The notes below the pieces were generated by a model, which was not told the DNA's origin, searched no databases, and saw only the letters and a program-made list of their open reading frames with translations. Source: a virus (taxonomy: Duplodnaviria; Caudoviricetes). From it: DNA of 64,000 nt. Location of the stretch: positions 1 through 64,000 of IMG/VR virus record IMGVR_UViG_3300025924_000001; one strand, written 5' to 3'. Positions 36,294 to 45,068 of this stretch are shown here, piece after piece; positions within the stretch are counted from its first letter, which is position 1, and each line of letters starts with the position of its first letter. Position numbers and translations under genes: made by a program.

Positions 36294-36711
36294 GGCTCAC
36301 CGCCTCCGAGATGATCTCGAGCGCGACCTGGTACGCCTCCACGGCGGCGAGCTCCCACGCGGGGATGAGGTAGGGACGCGACGGCACCTCGGTCGCGCCA
36401 CCGGGACCGGCGGTGCCGCCCAGCTCCTGGATGCGCGAGTACGCGGTCGTCGCACCGACCTGAACCGTGCCCGGCCCGAGGACCTTCACCTCGATGCTTC
36501 CCGCGAGCCGACCGGTGATCATCGACGGCGGCTCACCGGGCGGGGCGGGGCTCGGCGTTCCCGGTGCGTGCGAGGACCGGCTCAGCTGAGCTCTCGCCTC
36601 GCGCGCCACGGCCTCACCCATCGCCTCCGCGGCCGGCTCGGCGGCGGCGACACCCGCGGTCATGATCAGGCCAAGCGCGTCGATCGCACCCTTCGCGCCG
36701 CTCGTCGCCAC
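36286..36711 (-). CDS. HK97 gp10-like tail completion protein
   Basis: PGEPP..TGRL..SI, Y..IQELG, PSRPYL.PA. Confidence 0.75.
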   Translation of the reverse strand: MATSGAKGAIDALGLIMTAGVAAAEPAAEAMGEAVAREARAQLSRSSHAPGTPSPAPPGEPPSMITGRLAGSIEVKVLGPGTVQVGATTAYSRIQELGGTAGPGGATEVPSRPYLIPAWELAAVEAYQVALEIISEAVSLG

Positions 36712-36717
36712 GGTCGG

Positions 36718-37292
36718 TCACCTCCTGGGTCCCATGCTTGTCTGGGTAGCTCGACGGCTGAGGAACTCGCTCGCCTCGTGCGCCGCCTCCTCGATCACGG
36801 GAAGCCAGTCCAGTGCCTCGAGCGGTAGGTTCTCAACCTGTTCGGGTGTCCAGCCGTAGACCTTCGCGTACCACCGCCACGTCAGCAGGATCGTCGGTAG
36901 GTCGCTGGGAAGGGGCACGTCCTGCTGTCCCTGCGCCAGGTAGAACGCGACGAGCTGCCGACGGGCGGACCTCAGTTTGGGGCCTTGAAGTTCACCTTCT
37001 TCATCAGATCCGCGGTCTTCAGGTGAAGCTCGTTGTAGTCGTCGATGTCGAGGTCGGCGACCGCGTCGGCGCCGCCCTGCTCAGCCGGGATGGGAGCCTC
37101 GAGGGACCAGGCGGTGATGATGTTGGCCAGCAGCGAGTCGTGCATGCGGTCCGACAGGTCCGCGCCGACCTCCTGCCCCTGCTGGCCCTCCTTGACGGTG
37201 ATCCGAAGCGCGGCGTGCACCGCGGTTCGATCACGCCCCTTGAGGTTGTCCCTCATCTCAACCCAGTTGCCGCTGGGCAGCTCGACGCGCAT
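36718..37292 (-). CDS. tail assembly chaperone, long form via programmed -1 frameshift
   Basis: slippery CCCAAAC (36981-36975) just before the stop; the -1 frame is open into ORF 36718..36918 (YGWTPEQVENLP). Confidence 0.75.
36972..37292 (-). CDS. tail assembly chaperone, short form
   Basis: between major tail and tape measure; IITAWSL motif. Confidence 0.8.
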   Translation of the reverse strand: MRVELPSGNWVEMRDNLKGRDRTAVHAALRITVKEGQQGQEVGADLSDRMHDSLLANIITAWSLEAPIPAEQGGADAVADLDIDDYNELHLKTADLMKKVNFKAPN

Positions 37293-37304
37293 AGCTCCTC
37301 CGAC

Positions 37305-38531
37305 CTAGTACGGTGCGTAGTTGTTGGTGACGATGACGGTGATGGGACCGAGGCCGCCCGAGCCGCCGACGTTGCTCGTGTTCGCGACGGTCTGCACGTC
37401 GTCGTCGTAGCCGACGAGGACGCCGCTTCGCGTGATCTTCGACTTGACGAACGCGGCCTGAGCGAGCACGAACGTGTAGTTGATGTGGTTCGTCCCGCTG
37501 AGGCCGTTGTCGACGTTGATGACCACGGACGGCTGAGTGTTGTTCAGGAACTGCAGGAGCGCGGTCTCGTCGTAGGCGACGCTGAAGTTCAGGGTCGCCG
37601 TGGCGTCCAGGGTGCCGCGGGCGATGATGTACGGGTTCTGGAAGCCCTGGTTGGTCCAGTAGACCTGCAGCTGGCGCTTGATGGCGACCGCCCACTGGCC
37701 GATGTCGTAGATGGCCGACGAGCCGATGGTGAGGTTGGTGCGCCAGGCGGGGATGGGGACCACGAAGTTCGTCGAGTTCGTCGGCGTCGACGCTGCCGGC
37801 TGGCTGATCCACGAGTTGCCGGTGACCTTCGCCATGAACAGGGCCTCGGCGCTGCCGGTGAAGTCGACCTGAGAGACGCAGAGGGACGGGTAGGAGCGAG
37901 CCCCCACGGTCGTCGTCAGCGCCGTGTAGTCCGTGGCGGTGTGGGTCGGCGGCTGACCGGTGCCGCTGTTGAGAAGGTTGAACCGGTGGGTGTAGGACCC
38001 GGTGACCGTCTGGACGGTCGCGTTGTTCGCGTGGTTGAACCGCAGCGGGTAGCCGGTGAACGTGATCGAGTTGCCGGCCGCGGCGGACAGCTTGACCACC
38101 TCAGCGAGGGTGCCGCTGTCGATCTGCACGTTCTGGTTGGCGGCGAAGCCGGCGGTCGTGCCCACCGTGACGTTCGTGTTGCCGGCAGACGAGGCGGCCG
38201 ACGTGTTGGAGGTGCCGCCGATCGCGGGCTGGCCACTGGTGGAAAGGTCGCCGAAGGCGTTGTCGAGGAAGTACCCGTAGACGTCGCCGAAGACGGGGCC
38301 GCCGTAGTTGAACGACGCGTCCTCGACGCCCTGGATCTCGGCATACATGAGGGCCATGTAGCCGCGGATCGCCTCATCCGGAAGGTACTTGATCAGGTCC
38401 TCAGGCTCGTACGTGCCCTTGTCGAGGGGGATGGTGACCACCGGGAGGACCGGGGTGCCAACGACCGTTTCACGGGCGATCCCCAGCCAGTTCTTGGTGG
38501 AGGGAGAGACGAAGGGGGGAACGTTGCTCAT
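37305..38531 (-). CDS. major tail tube protein with inserted beta domain
   Basis: LGIARETVVGTPV N-terminus, position, size. Confidence 0.8.
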   Translation of the reverse strand: MSNVPPFVSPSTKNWLGIARETVVGTPVLPVVTIPLDKGTYEPEDLIKYLPDEAIRGYMALMYAEIQGVEDASFNYGGPVFGDVYGYFLDNAFGDLSTSGQPAIGGTSNTSAASSAGNTNVTVGTTAGFAANQNVQIDSGTLAEVVKLSAAAGNSITFTGYPLRFNHANNATVQTVTGSYTHRFNLLNSGTGQPPTHTATDYTALTTTVGARSYPSLCVSQVDFTGSAEALFMAKVTGNSWISQPAASTPTNSTNFVVPIPAWRTNLTIGSSAIYDIGQWAVAIKRQLQVYWTNQGFQNPYIIARGTLDATATLNFSVAYDETALLQFLNNTQPSVVINVDNGLSGTNHINYTFVLAQAAFVKSKITRSGVLVGYDDDVQTVANTSNVGGSGGLGPITVIVTNNYAPY

Positions 38532-38595
38532 CGAGCTCCTCCGGTGGGGGTGAAGAGCGCCGCGCGCTCGCTGGCTGAGATCACACAGCTCCTCA

Positions 38596-39114
38596 TCAGG
38601 CCGCGAAGACCTCGTTGATGACGCACGTGATCAGGGCGTCGTATCGGTTGTAGCGCTGGTCGGTGAGGGCGCGCACGGTGATTTGATAGCTCATGTCCTC
38701 GCCGATGTCGATCAGGTAGCTCTCCCGGTTCGTCCACGGGTCGAGCAAAGCCGGCGTGGTGTCGGGGGCGAGCCGAAGCTTCTCCATCACCCAGTCGACC
38801 ATGCCGGGAAAGAGGGTGTCGGCCTCGGGGTCGTCGTCCTGACCGAACCACACGAGGTAGACGTCGAGGCGGTGCTGCTGGGTCTTGAGCCCGGAGGGCG
38901 AAGTCGCGGACGTCGCGCGGGGAACGGTGCCGCCGCGAGCTGGGTTGCGGTCCTCCCGACCGCGGGACGGCCACACGTACGCCTGAGGGATGTTCGCGTC
39001 AACGTTGGGGTCGGGCGGCGTGATCTGGCTCTGCAGCGGCGGCAGGTTCGTGATCGGCCACACCAGGCCGTTGATCAGGTCGTTGACGTAGACCTGGGTG
39101 GTATTGATCGGCAC
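38596..39114 (-). CDS. putative tail terminator/neck protein
   Basis: position immediately before major tail. Confidence 0.55.
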   Translation of the reverse strand: MPINTTQVYVNDLINGLVWPITNLPPLQSQITPPDPNVDANIPQAYVWPSRGREDRNPARGGTVPRATSATSPSGLKTQQHRLDVYLVWFGQDDDPEADTLFPGMVDWVMEKLRLAPDTTPALLDPWTNRESYLIDIGEDMSYQITVRALTDQRYNRYDALITCVINEVFAA

Positions 39115-39132
39115 CGAACGCTCCCCTCAGCC

Positions 39133-39558
39133 TCACCGGCGCCGTCGGTGACGGCGGCCGTGGTAGCCCGCGTGCTTGCGGTGCGCGTGGTGAACGACGT
39201 GGGAGTGCTTGACGTGGTGGAAGCCGTGCTTCACGATGCGACGCTTGGTGTAGTGAGCCGCCTTGCGGTCCACGTGCGCGGCGCGTCGTCGCTGCCGCTG
39301 CGTGTGCTTGCGACGAGAGTAATGCTGACGCACGTCTCGGTGAGCGAACGCGTGACGGGTGCCGCGACGCTCCCGGTGGGGGTGCGGTCGACCAGCGACG
39401 CGGTGGACCCGCTGACCCCGGTGCGACGACGCTCGTCGGGACGCGGCTCCCCGGCCGCGGGCGAGCTGGTGACCGCGCAGCCGGCGCTTGAAGAGGTGAC
39501 GGCGACGCAGCGTGGTCTGCCTGGCGAACGAGGGCCGGTGGATTCGGAGGTACGCCAC
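39133..39558 (-). CDS. extremely basic Arg/His-rich (protamine-like) protein
   Basis: 141 aa with about 39 R, 24 H, 7 K and 3 acidic residues; high GC3 in this frame; TAGTG coupling. Confidence 0.7.
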   Translation of the reverse strand: MAYLRIHRPSFARQTTLRRRHLFKRRLRGHQLARGRGAASRRASSHRGQRVHRVAGRPHPHRERRGTRHAFAHRDVRQHYSRRKHTQRQRRRAAHVDRKAAHYTKRRIVKHGFHHVKHSHVVHHAHRKHAGYHGRRHRRRR

Positions 39559-40505
39559 TAGACCGTTCGCCGGAAGGGGTTCAGGAGCAGCTCGGCCTCA
39601 CCCGCGAGGTCGGCGGGGCTCTTCACGCCGGAGCCACCGCTGCCGCCGCCGGGAATGGACTGCACCGTGGTGGAGGTCGCGCCGCGGGTCAGGGCCATGG
39701 AGCTGCCGAACAGGATGACCGCCCAGATCGCGGACTGCGGCAGCGTCGACACCATGACCCCGCTGCCGTGCCCGTACTGCAGCGGCGCGGCGAGGGTGAG
39801 GGTGCCGGGTCCCGCGGTCGCGGAGGCGCCGGTGACGTGCACGACCTCCTGGTTGCCGGAGTCGAACACGGTGCCGGTCGCACCGGTGACGCCGAGCGCC
39901 TCCGACGTGATCGCCCAGCCCGTGCAGTCGTCGACGTTGAGGACCATCGCGCCGGCGGAGGTGGGCTGCGTCAGGGACGTGTGCGGCCAGCCGTTGACGT
40001 ACTGGCACTTGACGACGTAGCCGTTGCGGCCGAGCGCCCAGTTGATGTACGCGCCGGAGAAGACGATGGACTGGCCGCCCTCGCCCGCGGCGGACGGCGC
40101 GTTGGAGCCGTAGACGCCGATGACGGGGTGCTCGATGTCGTACGCCGTGGCTGGCACGGTGACGTAGCTGCGGGGGAAGGTGTTGGGGGAGACCGCGAGG
40201 CTGACGATCTGCAGGACCGGCCAGCGCTGCAGGATGAAGCGGCCGTTGCCGGTGCCGTTCTGGATCGTGATGCGGAAGTCAGGCCCCTGCTGGATCTCCG
40301 TGTCGAGGGTCGCGCGGAGAACCTGATTGCAGTACGTGTCGGCCTGCGCGGTCGCGCGGGCGCAGATGTTGGCCTGCTCCGCGAGCTGCTGCGCCGGCGT
40401 GGTGCCACGGCCTGGTGGGATCGTGGACCACGAGATGCCGGTGGGCGCGGACGTGAGCAGCTCGGGCGTGACGTAGGGGGTGAGGGGTCCAACGGGCAGC
40501 GTCAC
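39558..40505 (-). CDS. head-to-tail adaptor
   Basis: PYVTPEL...ARATAQADTYC...LLNPFRR pattern; position. Confidence 0.7.
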   Translation of the reverse strand: MTLPVGPLTPYVTPELLTSAPTGISWSTIPPGRGTTPAQQLAEQANICARATAQADTYCNQVLRATLDTEIQQGPDFRITIQNGTGNGRFILQRWPVLQIVSLAVSPNTFPRSYVTVPATAYDIEHPVIGVYGSNAPSAAGEGGQSIVFSGAYINWALGRNGYVVKCQYVNGWPHTSLTQPTSAGAMVLNVDDCTGWAITSEALGVTGATGTVFDSGNQEVVHVTGASATAGPGTLTLAAPLQYGHGSGVMVSTLPQSAIWAVILFGSSMALTRGATSTTVQSIPGGGSGGSGVKSPADLAGEAELLLNPFRRTV

Positions 40506-40690
40506 GTGATCACCGTCCTCTTGGGCTTGCACTTACGGCACAGGTAGCCGTCGCGGTCGGTGGTCCAGATCGCGTGCTTGACGCAGAGCGGGGTCTGGCA
40601 ACTCACGCACTGAGTGAACGGTTGGGTGGAGGCGGCGCGTCTGCCTCGTCGGATGGTGCCACACCGGCCGCAGACGCCCCGCCTCGACAC
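40502..40690 (-). CDS. small Zn-finger protein
   Basis: CxxC, CxxC, CxxH, CxxC. Confidence 0.6.
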   Translation of the reverse strand: MSRRGVCGRCGTIRRGRRAASTQPFTQCVSCQTPLCVKHAIWTTDRDGYLCRKCKPKRTVIT

Positions 40691-40693
40691 CCT

Positions 40694-41350
40694 CTATCCA
40701 GCCTGAGTCAGCCGCTTGAGGAGCACGGCGCGAACGCCGGTGTCGGCCAGGCCGCGGTTCCGCGCGACCTGCCTCAGGTCCTTGACGGTGAGCTTGCTGA
40801 GGTCCTGAGCCTGCTCGCCACCGTCGTTGGGGTCGGCCGGCGTCGCGTCGTCCTCGAGCAGGTCGTCGACGAGCTCGGCGCGCTCGACCTCGAGCGCGTC
40901 GACCCGCGTTCGGGTGGGCGATGCGATGCCGGTGGGATTGTCCCTCGTTCCGTGCATCACCGGCTCAACGGTCAGGGCCGTGAGGGCCTTCGTGACCTCC
41001 GGGTTCAGGCCGGCGAACGCCGTGGTCATGATCGCCATCAGCTTCTGCATGCCCTCCTGGGAGGACGCGAGGCTGGCGATGGAGGCCTGCAGGCTCGAGG
41101 CGATGTTCTTCTCGCCGCGCTTCTCCTGGTTCTCGCGCAGGCGCACCTCGTCGGGGGTCTCCGGGATCTCCTCCGGGTCCACCGCCCAGTTCGGGTCGCC
41201 GCGCAGGTGGTTCTCGCAGGCGTGGCAGTCCAGCACCCACACCTTGACCGGTGAGCCGTGGGTCACCGGACGCGAGTGCGTGGCTCCACACCCCCCGTGG
41301 TCCCTCGACACGGCGACCCCCATGAGGTCGCTGCGTGCGTGCAGGGTCAT
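40694..41350 (-). CDS. protein with N-terminal Cys/His cluster and C-terminal SAP/HeH DNA-binding motif
   Basis: DLSKLTVKDLRQVARNRGLADTGVRAVLLKRL; GGAGGA RBS. Confidence 0.7.
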   Translation of the reverse strand: MTLHARSDLMGVAVSRDHGGCGATHSRPVTHGSPVKVWVLDCHACENHLRGDPNWAVDPEEIPETPDEVRLRENQEKRGEKNIASSLQASIASLASSQEGMQKLMAIMTTAFAGLNPEVTKALTALTVEPVMHGTRDNPTGIASPTRTRVDALEVERAELVDDLLEDDATPADPNDGGEQAQDLSKLTVKDLRQVARNRGLADTGVRAVLLKRLTQAG

Positions 41351-41365
41351 GCTTCCTCCTTTAAA

Positions 41366-41662
41366 TCAAACGGTACGAATCGGAATGCCTGTAAGGGGCA
41401 CCGCCAATACACACATACCAGTGTCAAACATGGTGACACGCTCGATTTTGATGATCGATCGCGTGATGGGATTGCGACATTCAGTCACATTTGGAAACAT
41501 TCCATTTGGAACCCGAATGACGCAAATTTCGTTGCGTCCGCCTTCCCACGCCGCTTTGCACGCTTCGGTGATCTCGTTCATGAAATCGGTTAGCGTATAA
41601 GGCGGAACGATTTCGTCCTGACTTCCATAGCGCACGCACGGGCTTCCGTCCAGGCTCACCAC
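41366..41662 (-). CDS. hypothetical protein in low-GC insert
   Basis: about 47% GC in a counted 60-nt line; atypical codons; start uncertain. Confidence 0.45.
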   Translation of the reverse strand: MVSLDGSPCVRYGSQDEIVPPYTLTDFMNEITEACKAAWEGGRNEICVIRVPNGMFPNVTECRNPITRSIIKIERVTMFDTGMCVLAVPLTGIPIRTV

Positions 41663-42279
41663 CGGTCACCGCGACCGGACGTGTTTCCTTGAACGCCGGG
41701 CGCGCCCACACCGTGGTGGTACCAGTACCATGTCCGACGGGGCACGTGGTGCACCCGCGCACCCAGCTGGCAGCAGTTCACGGTGAACTGGAAGTCCTCA
41801 CCGTAGACCTGCCCGTCAACCTCGTCGGCCTCGGGCGGGGTGAACCGGGCGGCCTGCGCGAGCTCGGTGCGAACGAGGGTGGTGACCGTCGTCTGGTGCG
41901 GGTCGGCGGGGTCGAACGGTCGGCCGAGGTGGCCGAGCGGGTCGATCTCCGGCCGGTCGTTGTTAGCGCCATCGCGCACCATGTAGTAGCTGTAGACGTA
42001 GTCGGCGTTCGTCTCGAGCGCGGCGCAGTACAGGATCTCGAGGTGGTTGGGCATGAACGCGTCGTCGTCGTCGAGAAACGCGACCCACTCGGTGCGGACC
42101 GCGTCGAGCGCCCGCTGCCGGGTGACGCCGGCACCGGCGTGGTTGACGTCCTGCGCGACCGACACGTTCCACGCGGGAAGGGTCTGCGTGCTGACCGACT
42201 GCAGGGCCCGGAGAAGGTGGTCTCGCCGCGGTGGGATCGTGGGGACGCAGACCGTGATGTCACCCTTGCCTGCCGCCAT
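41656..42279 (-). CDS. glycosyltransferase family 2 (GT-A)
   Basis: VCVPT, ALQSV..QT, GAGVTRQ, FLDDDD, EDF. Confidence 0.88.
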   Translation of the reverse strand: MAAGKGDITVCVPTIPPRRDHLLRALQSVSTQTLPAWNVSVAQDVNHAGAGVTRQRALDAVRTEWVAFLDDDDAFMPNHLEILYCAALETNADYVYSYYMVRDGANNDRPEIDPLGHLGRPFDPADPHQTTVTTLVRTELAQAARFTPPEADEVDGQVYGEDFQFTVNCCQLGARVHHVPRRTWYWYHHGVGAPGVQGNTSGRGDRW

Positions 42280-42923
42280 CACGTCGCGTCTCCCCTCACC
42301 GCGAGAACCACCTGGAACATCGACCACGTCTCGTGTCGAAGGATCACGTAGCCAGCCTGCTCCAGCAGCGACCGGTAGCCGTCCTGATCCCACGCCCAGG
42401 TGTGGTACCCGTAGTGTGACCGGTCGGTCTCAACGTGGGGGCTCGACGCGACCAGGTAGCGAGAGCGACGCGCGACCCGTCGAACGAACTCGTGCGGGTC
42501 GAGCAGGTGCTCCAGCATCTCCGTCGCGATCGCGAGGTCACCCCACGTCACCGACCGAGGATCGGTGACCACGTCCAGGTAGGAGACGTTGGTGAGGCCT
42601 CGCTTCGATCGTGCGGCTTCCACGTTGGCCGGCGCGAGGTCGTAGCCCCACGCCGTCCAGGGGAGAACAATCTCGCCCCTCGCGGCCTCCTCAGCCAGGC
42701 GGTCCGAGATCAGCTTCAGCAGTCCACCGTCGCCACAACCCAGGTCCACGACGGTTGAGGCACCGAGGCGCAGAATGGCGTACGTCGCGAGGTCGCAGGC
42801 GAGATCCAGTCGTCCCCGGTGCTCCGCCTGGTCCACGTGCGGGGCGCTCTCTCGATCCTCGTACCAGCCGGGCGTGGTCCACTCGGGAAGCGTTCCAGGC
42901 TCGAACAGCTGCCACTCGGTCAC
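42279..42923 (-). CDS. class I SAM-dependent methyltransferase
   Basis: VVDLGCGDGG, GYD, TEMLEHL.DP, SSP. Confidence 0.85.
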   Translation of the reverse strand: MTEWQLFEPGTLPEWTTPGWYEDRESAPHVDQAEHRGRLDLACDLATYAILRLGASTVVDLGCGDGGLLKLISDRLAEEAARGEIVLPWTAWGYDLAPANVEAARSKRGLTNVSYLDVVTDPRSVTWGDLAIATEMLEHLLDPHEFVRRVARRSRYLVASSPHVETDRSHYGYHTWAWDQDGYRSLLEQAGYVILRHETWSMFQVVLAVRGDAT

Positions 42924-43486
42924 CGGGACCGCCAGCAGGCGTGAATCTGGTAGTCGTAGGTGAAGTGTGGTCGCAGCTTGAGCTCGATGGTTGAGTGAGG
43001 CTCCCAGCCGGCGCCGCGAAGCATCGCCTTGACGTCGTCGACGCCCCACCCCCAGTAGTGCTCAGGGTTGCCGTCGTCTGCCTCATCGATGGGGGTCGAC
43101 ACGATGAGGTGGTGGGCGCGGCCGTGGATCCGACGAAGGACCGCGTCGGGGTCGTCGAGGTGCTCGATCGTCTCGGAGCAGATGAAGAGGTCGACCCCGC
43201 CGAGCTCCTCGAGGGTCTCCTCGATCGGCCCCACGTGAAGGTAGCCGGGCGCGTAGTCACCGAAGCTCTTGGTCACGCCCCGAAGCGACTCGAGGATCGC
43301 ACCGTCGCCGCAGGACAGGTCGGCGGCGGACGTGCAGCCGTGCTGGTCAATGACCCACTGCGCGAGCTCGGCGGTGACCCGCACGCGAACGAGGTGATCG
43401 GCCCAGCGCGTGTGGTTGTGCGGCGTCGCGTAGATCCGGGCGAGCTCGGCGTCGGAGTGCTTGGGACGCAACCGAACGCGGGTCAC
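42920..43486 (-). CDS. class I SAM-dependent methyltransferase
   Basis: ADLSCGDG, CSETIEHLDDP, STP, NPEH. Confidence 0.82.
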   Translation of the reverse strand: MTRVRLRPKHSDAELARIYATPHNHTRWADHLVRVRVTAELAQWVIDQHGCTSAADLSCGDGAILESLRGVTKSFGDYAPGYLHVGPIEETLEELGGVDLFICSETIEHLDDPDAVLRRIHGRAHHLIVSTPIDEADDGNPEHYWGWGVDDVKAMLRGAGWEPHSTIELKLRPHFTYDYQIHACWRSR

Positions 43487-44154
43487 AGGGCGTTCCTCAT
43501 CGTCGCGAGGTCGTCGTTGAGCTGGGTCACGCAGTACGTCTGATAGGCCGCCTGGTCGCGGTTGAACATGGTTCCCGTGTTCACGGCCTGGTAGCGCTCG
43601 TCGTTCTCGGCCTTGCCCACGATGGGGTGCAGGTGCTCGATGACGACGTCGTTGAGGTACGCGAGCCGACCGAGGCCGTAGCCCCAGTCCTTCCACACGT
43701 TGTCGACGTAGAGGTGCCTCAGCGTGGGCGGGGCCATGTAGCCGAGGGCCTGAACCAGCCGGGCGTCGAGCGCGACCGCGGTGGGCAGGTTGATCCCGTG
43801 CACGAGGTCGTTACCGTAGGCGACGCCACCGCCCATGAGAGCGATCGCGTCGACGAGCCGGGCGTCCCAGCCCTCGGTGCGCGGCACGTGGTCGTCGCCG
43901 AGGAACGCGAGGCAGGTGCTGTCCGCGGCGTGTCGCGCGACGAGCTGGTTGAGCGCGCCCACCATGCCGGGTCCCGCGGGCTCAACGACGGTGACCGGCG
44001 CGGCCTTGCGGTAGGCGTCGAGGTCCTCGTCATCGGCGTCGACGCCGAGCACGAGCTGCGTGTCGGCGCGGTTGAGCGCGGTCATCGCCTCCGCGAGGCG
44101 GATCGCGTTCGCGACGCGGCCTCGGGTGGGCACGAGAACGGTGAGATCGGTCAT
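43483..44154 (-). CDS. glycosyltransferase (GT-A, GT2-like)
   Basis: VLVPTRGR, FLGDDH.PRT.GWD, H.YVDN, IEHLHP. Confidence 0.82.
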   Translation of the reverse strand: MTDLTVLVPTRGRVANAIRLAEAMTALNRADTQLVLGVDADDEDLDAYRKAAPVTVVEPAGPGMVGALNQLVARHAADSTCLAFLGDDHVPRTEGWDARLVDAIALMGGGVAYGNDLVHGINLPTAVALDARLVQALGYMAPPTLRHLYVDNVWKDWGYGLGRLAYLNDVVIEHLHPIVGKAENDERYQAVNTGTMFNRDQAAYQTYCVTQLNDDLATMRNAL

Positions 44155-45068
44155 ACCAGTGACCTTAACGCACGGCTGATGCCGTCCTCGAGGGTGACCT
44201 TGGGAGCGTAGAACTTGAGCATCTCGGTGGGGTCGCCGACGCGGCTGGTGACCCCCACGGGCGCCTCGGTGAGGTGCTTGAGCTGGGGGCTGTAGCCGGC
44301 CGCCGTGGTGACGAGGCGCGCGAGCTCGTTGAACGACGTCGCGCGGCCGGTGCACAGGTTGACGGTGTCGGTGAAGCCCTGATCGACCGCGGCGAGGACC
44401 GCGCCGACAACGTCGTCGACGTGGATGAAGTCGCGAAGCTGCTCCCCGTTGCCCCAGACCTCGAACGGGTCATCTCGACGCAGGGCCCGGTGAATGAACG
44501 ACGGGAAGGGGTAGTCGAGGTCCTGATCGGTGCCGTAGCCGCTGAACGGTCGAAACACGTGGACCCGCAGGCCAGCGGCTCGTGCGTGCTCAGCGAGCAC
44601 CTCGCCGGTCAGCTTGGCCCAACCGTAGGTGAGGTCGGGCCTGCCGAACGCGTCATCCTCATGGTTGATCCACTTCTCGATCAACGGCATGCCGCGCATG
44701 AGGTCGTTCTCCCACGCCCGCGGCGAGAGGCCCTGCAGGTTCGTGGGGTAGGCAGCGGAGCTCGAGAAGTAGACGACCGCGCCGGGTTGGGTTCGCAGCG
44801 CCCACTGGAAGAGCTCGGCGTCGATCGCGAGGTCGACGGCGACCCTCAGCGGCGCGCCCTCGATCGTCGTGCGGCCACCGACCACGGCGGCGCAGTGGAT
44901 GACGAGGTCGTAGTGCCGCGAGTTGAAGCGGAAGAAGTCGCGGGCGTCGACGCGGTAGGCGTCCCGGACGTCGAAGCCGGTGACCGAGTAGCCGAGGGCG
45001 GTCAGTCGGTTCAGCATGTGACGGCCGATGAAGCCCTGATGACCGGTGACCAGCGCCCGCTTGCTCAC
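44151..45068 (-). CDS. NAD-dependent nucleotide-sugar epimerase/dehydratase (extended SDR)
   Basis: VTGHQGFIG, HCAA, SSSAAY, YGWAK, RDFIHVDD. Confidence 0.92.
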   Translation of the reverse strand: MSKRALVTGHQGFIGRHMLNRLTALGYSVTGFDVRDAYRVDARDFFRFNSRHYDLVIHCAAVVGGRTTIEGAPLRVAVDLAIDAELFQWALRTQPGAVVYFSSSAAYPTNLQGLSPRAWENDLMRGMPLIEKWINHEDDAFGRPDLTYGWAKLTGEVLAEHARAAGLRVHVFRPFSGYGTDQDLDYPFPSFIHRALRRDDPFEVWGNGEQLRDFIHVDDVVGAVLAAVDQGFTDTVNLCTGRATSFNELARLVTTAAGYSPQLKHLTEAPVGVTSRVGDPTEMLKFYAPKVTLEDGISRALRSLV

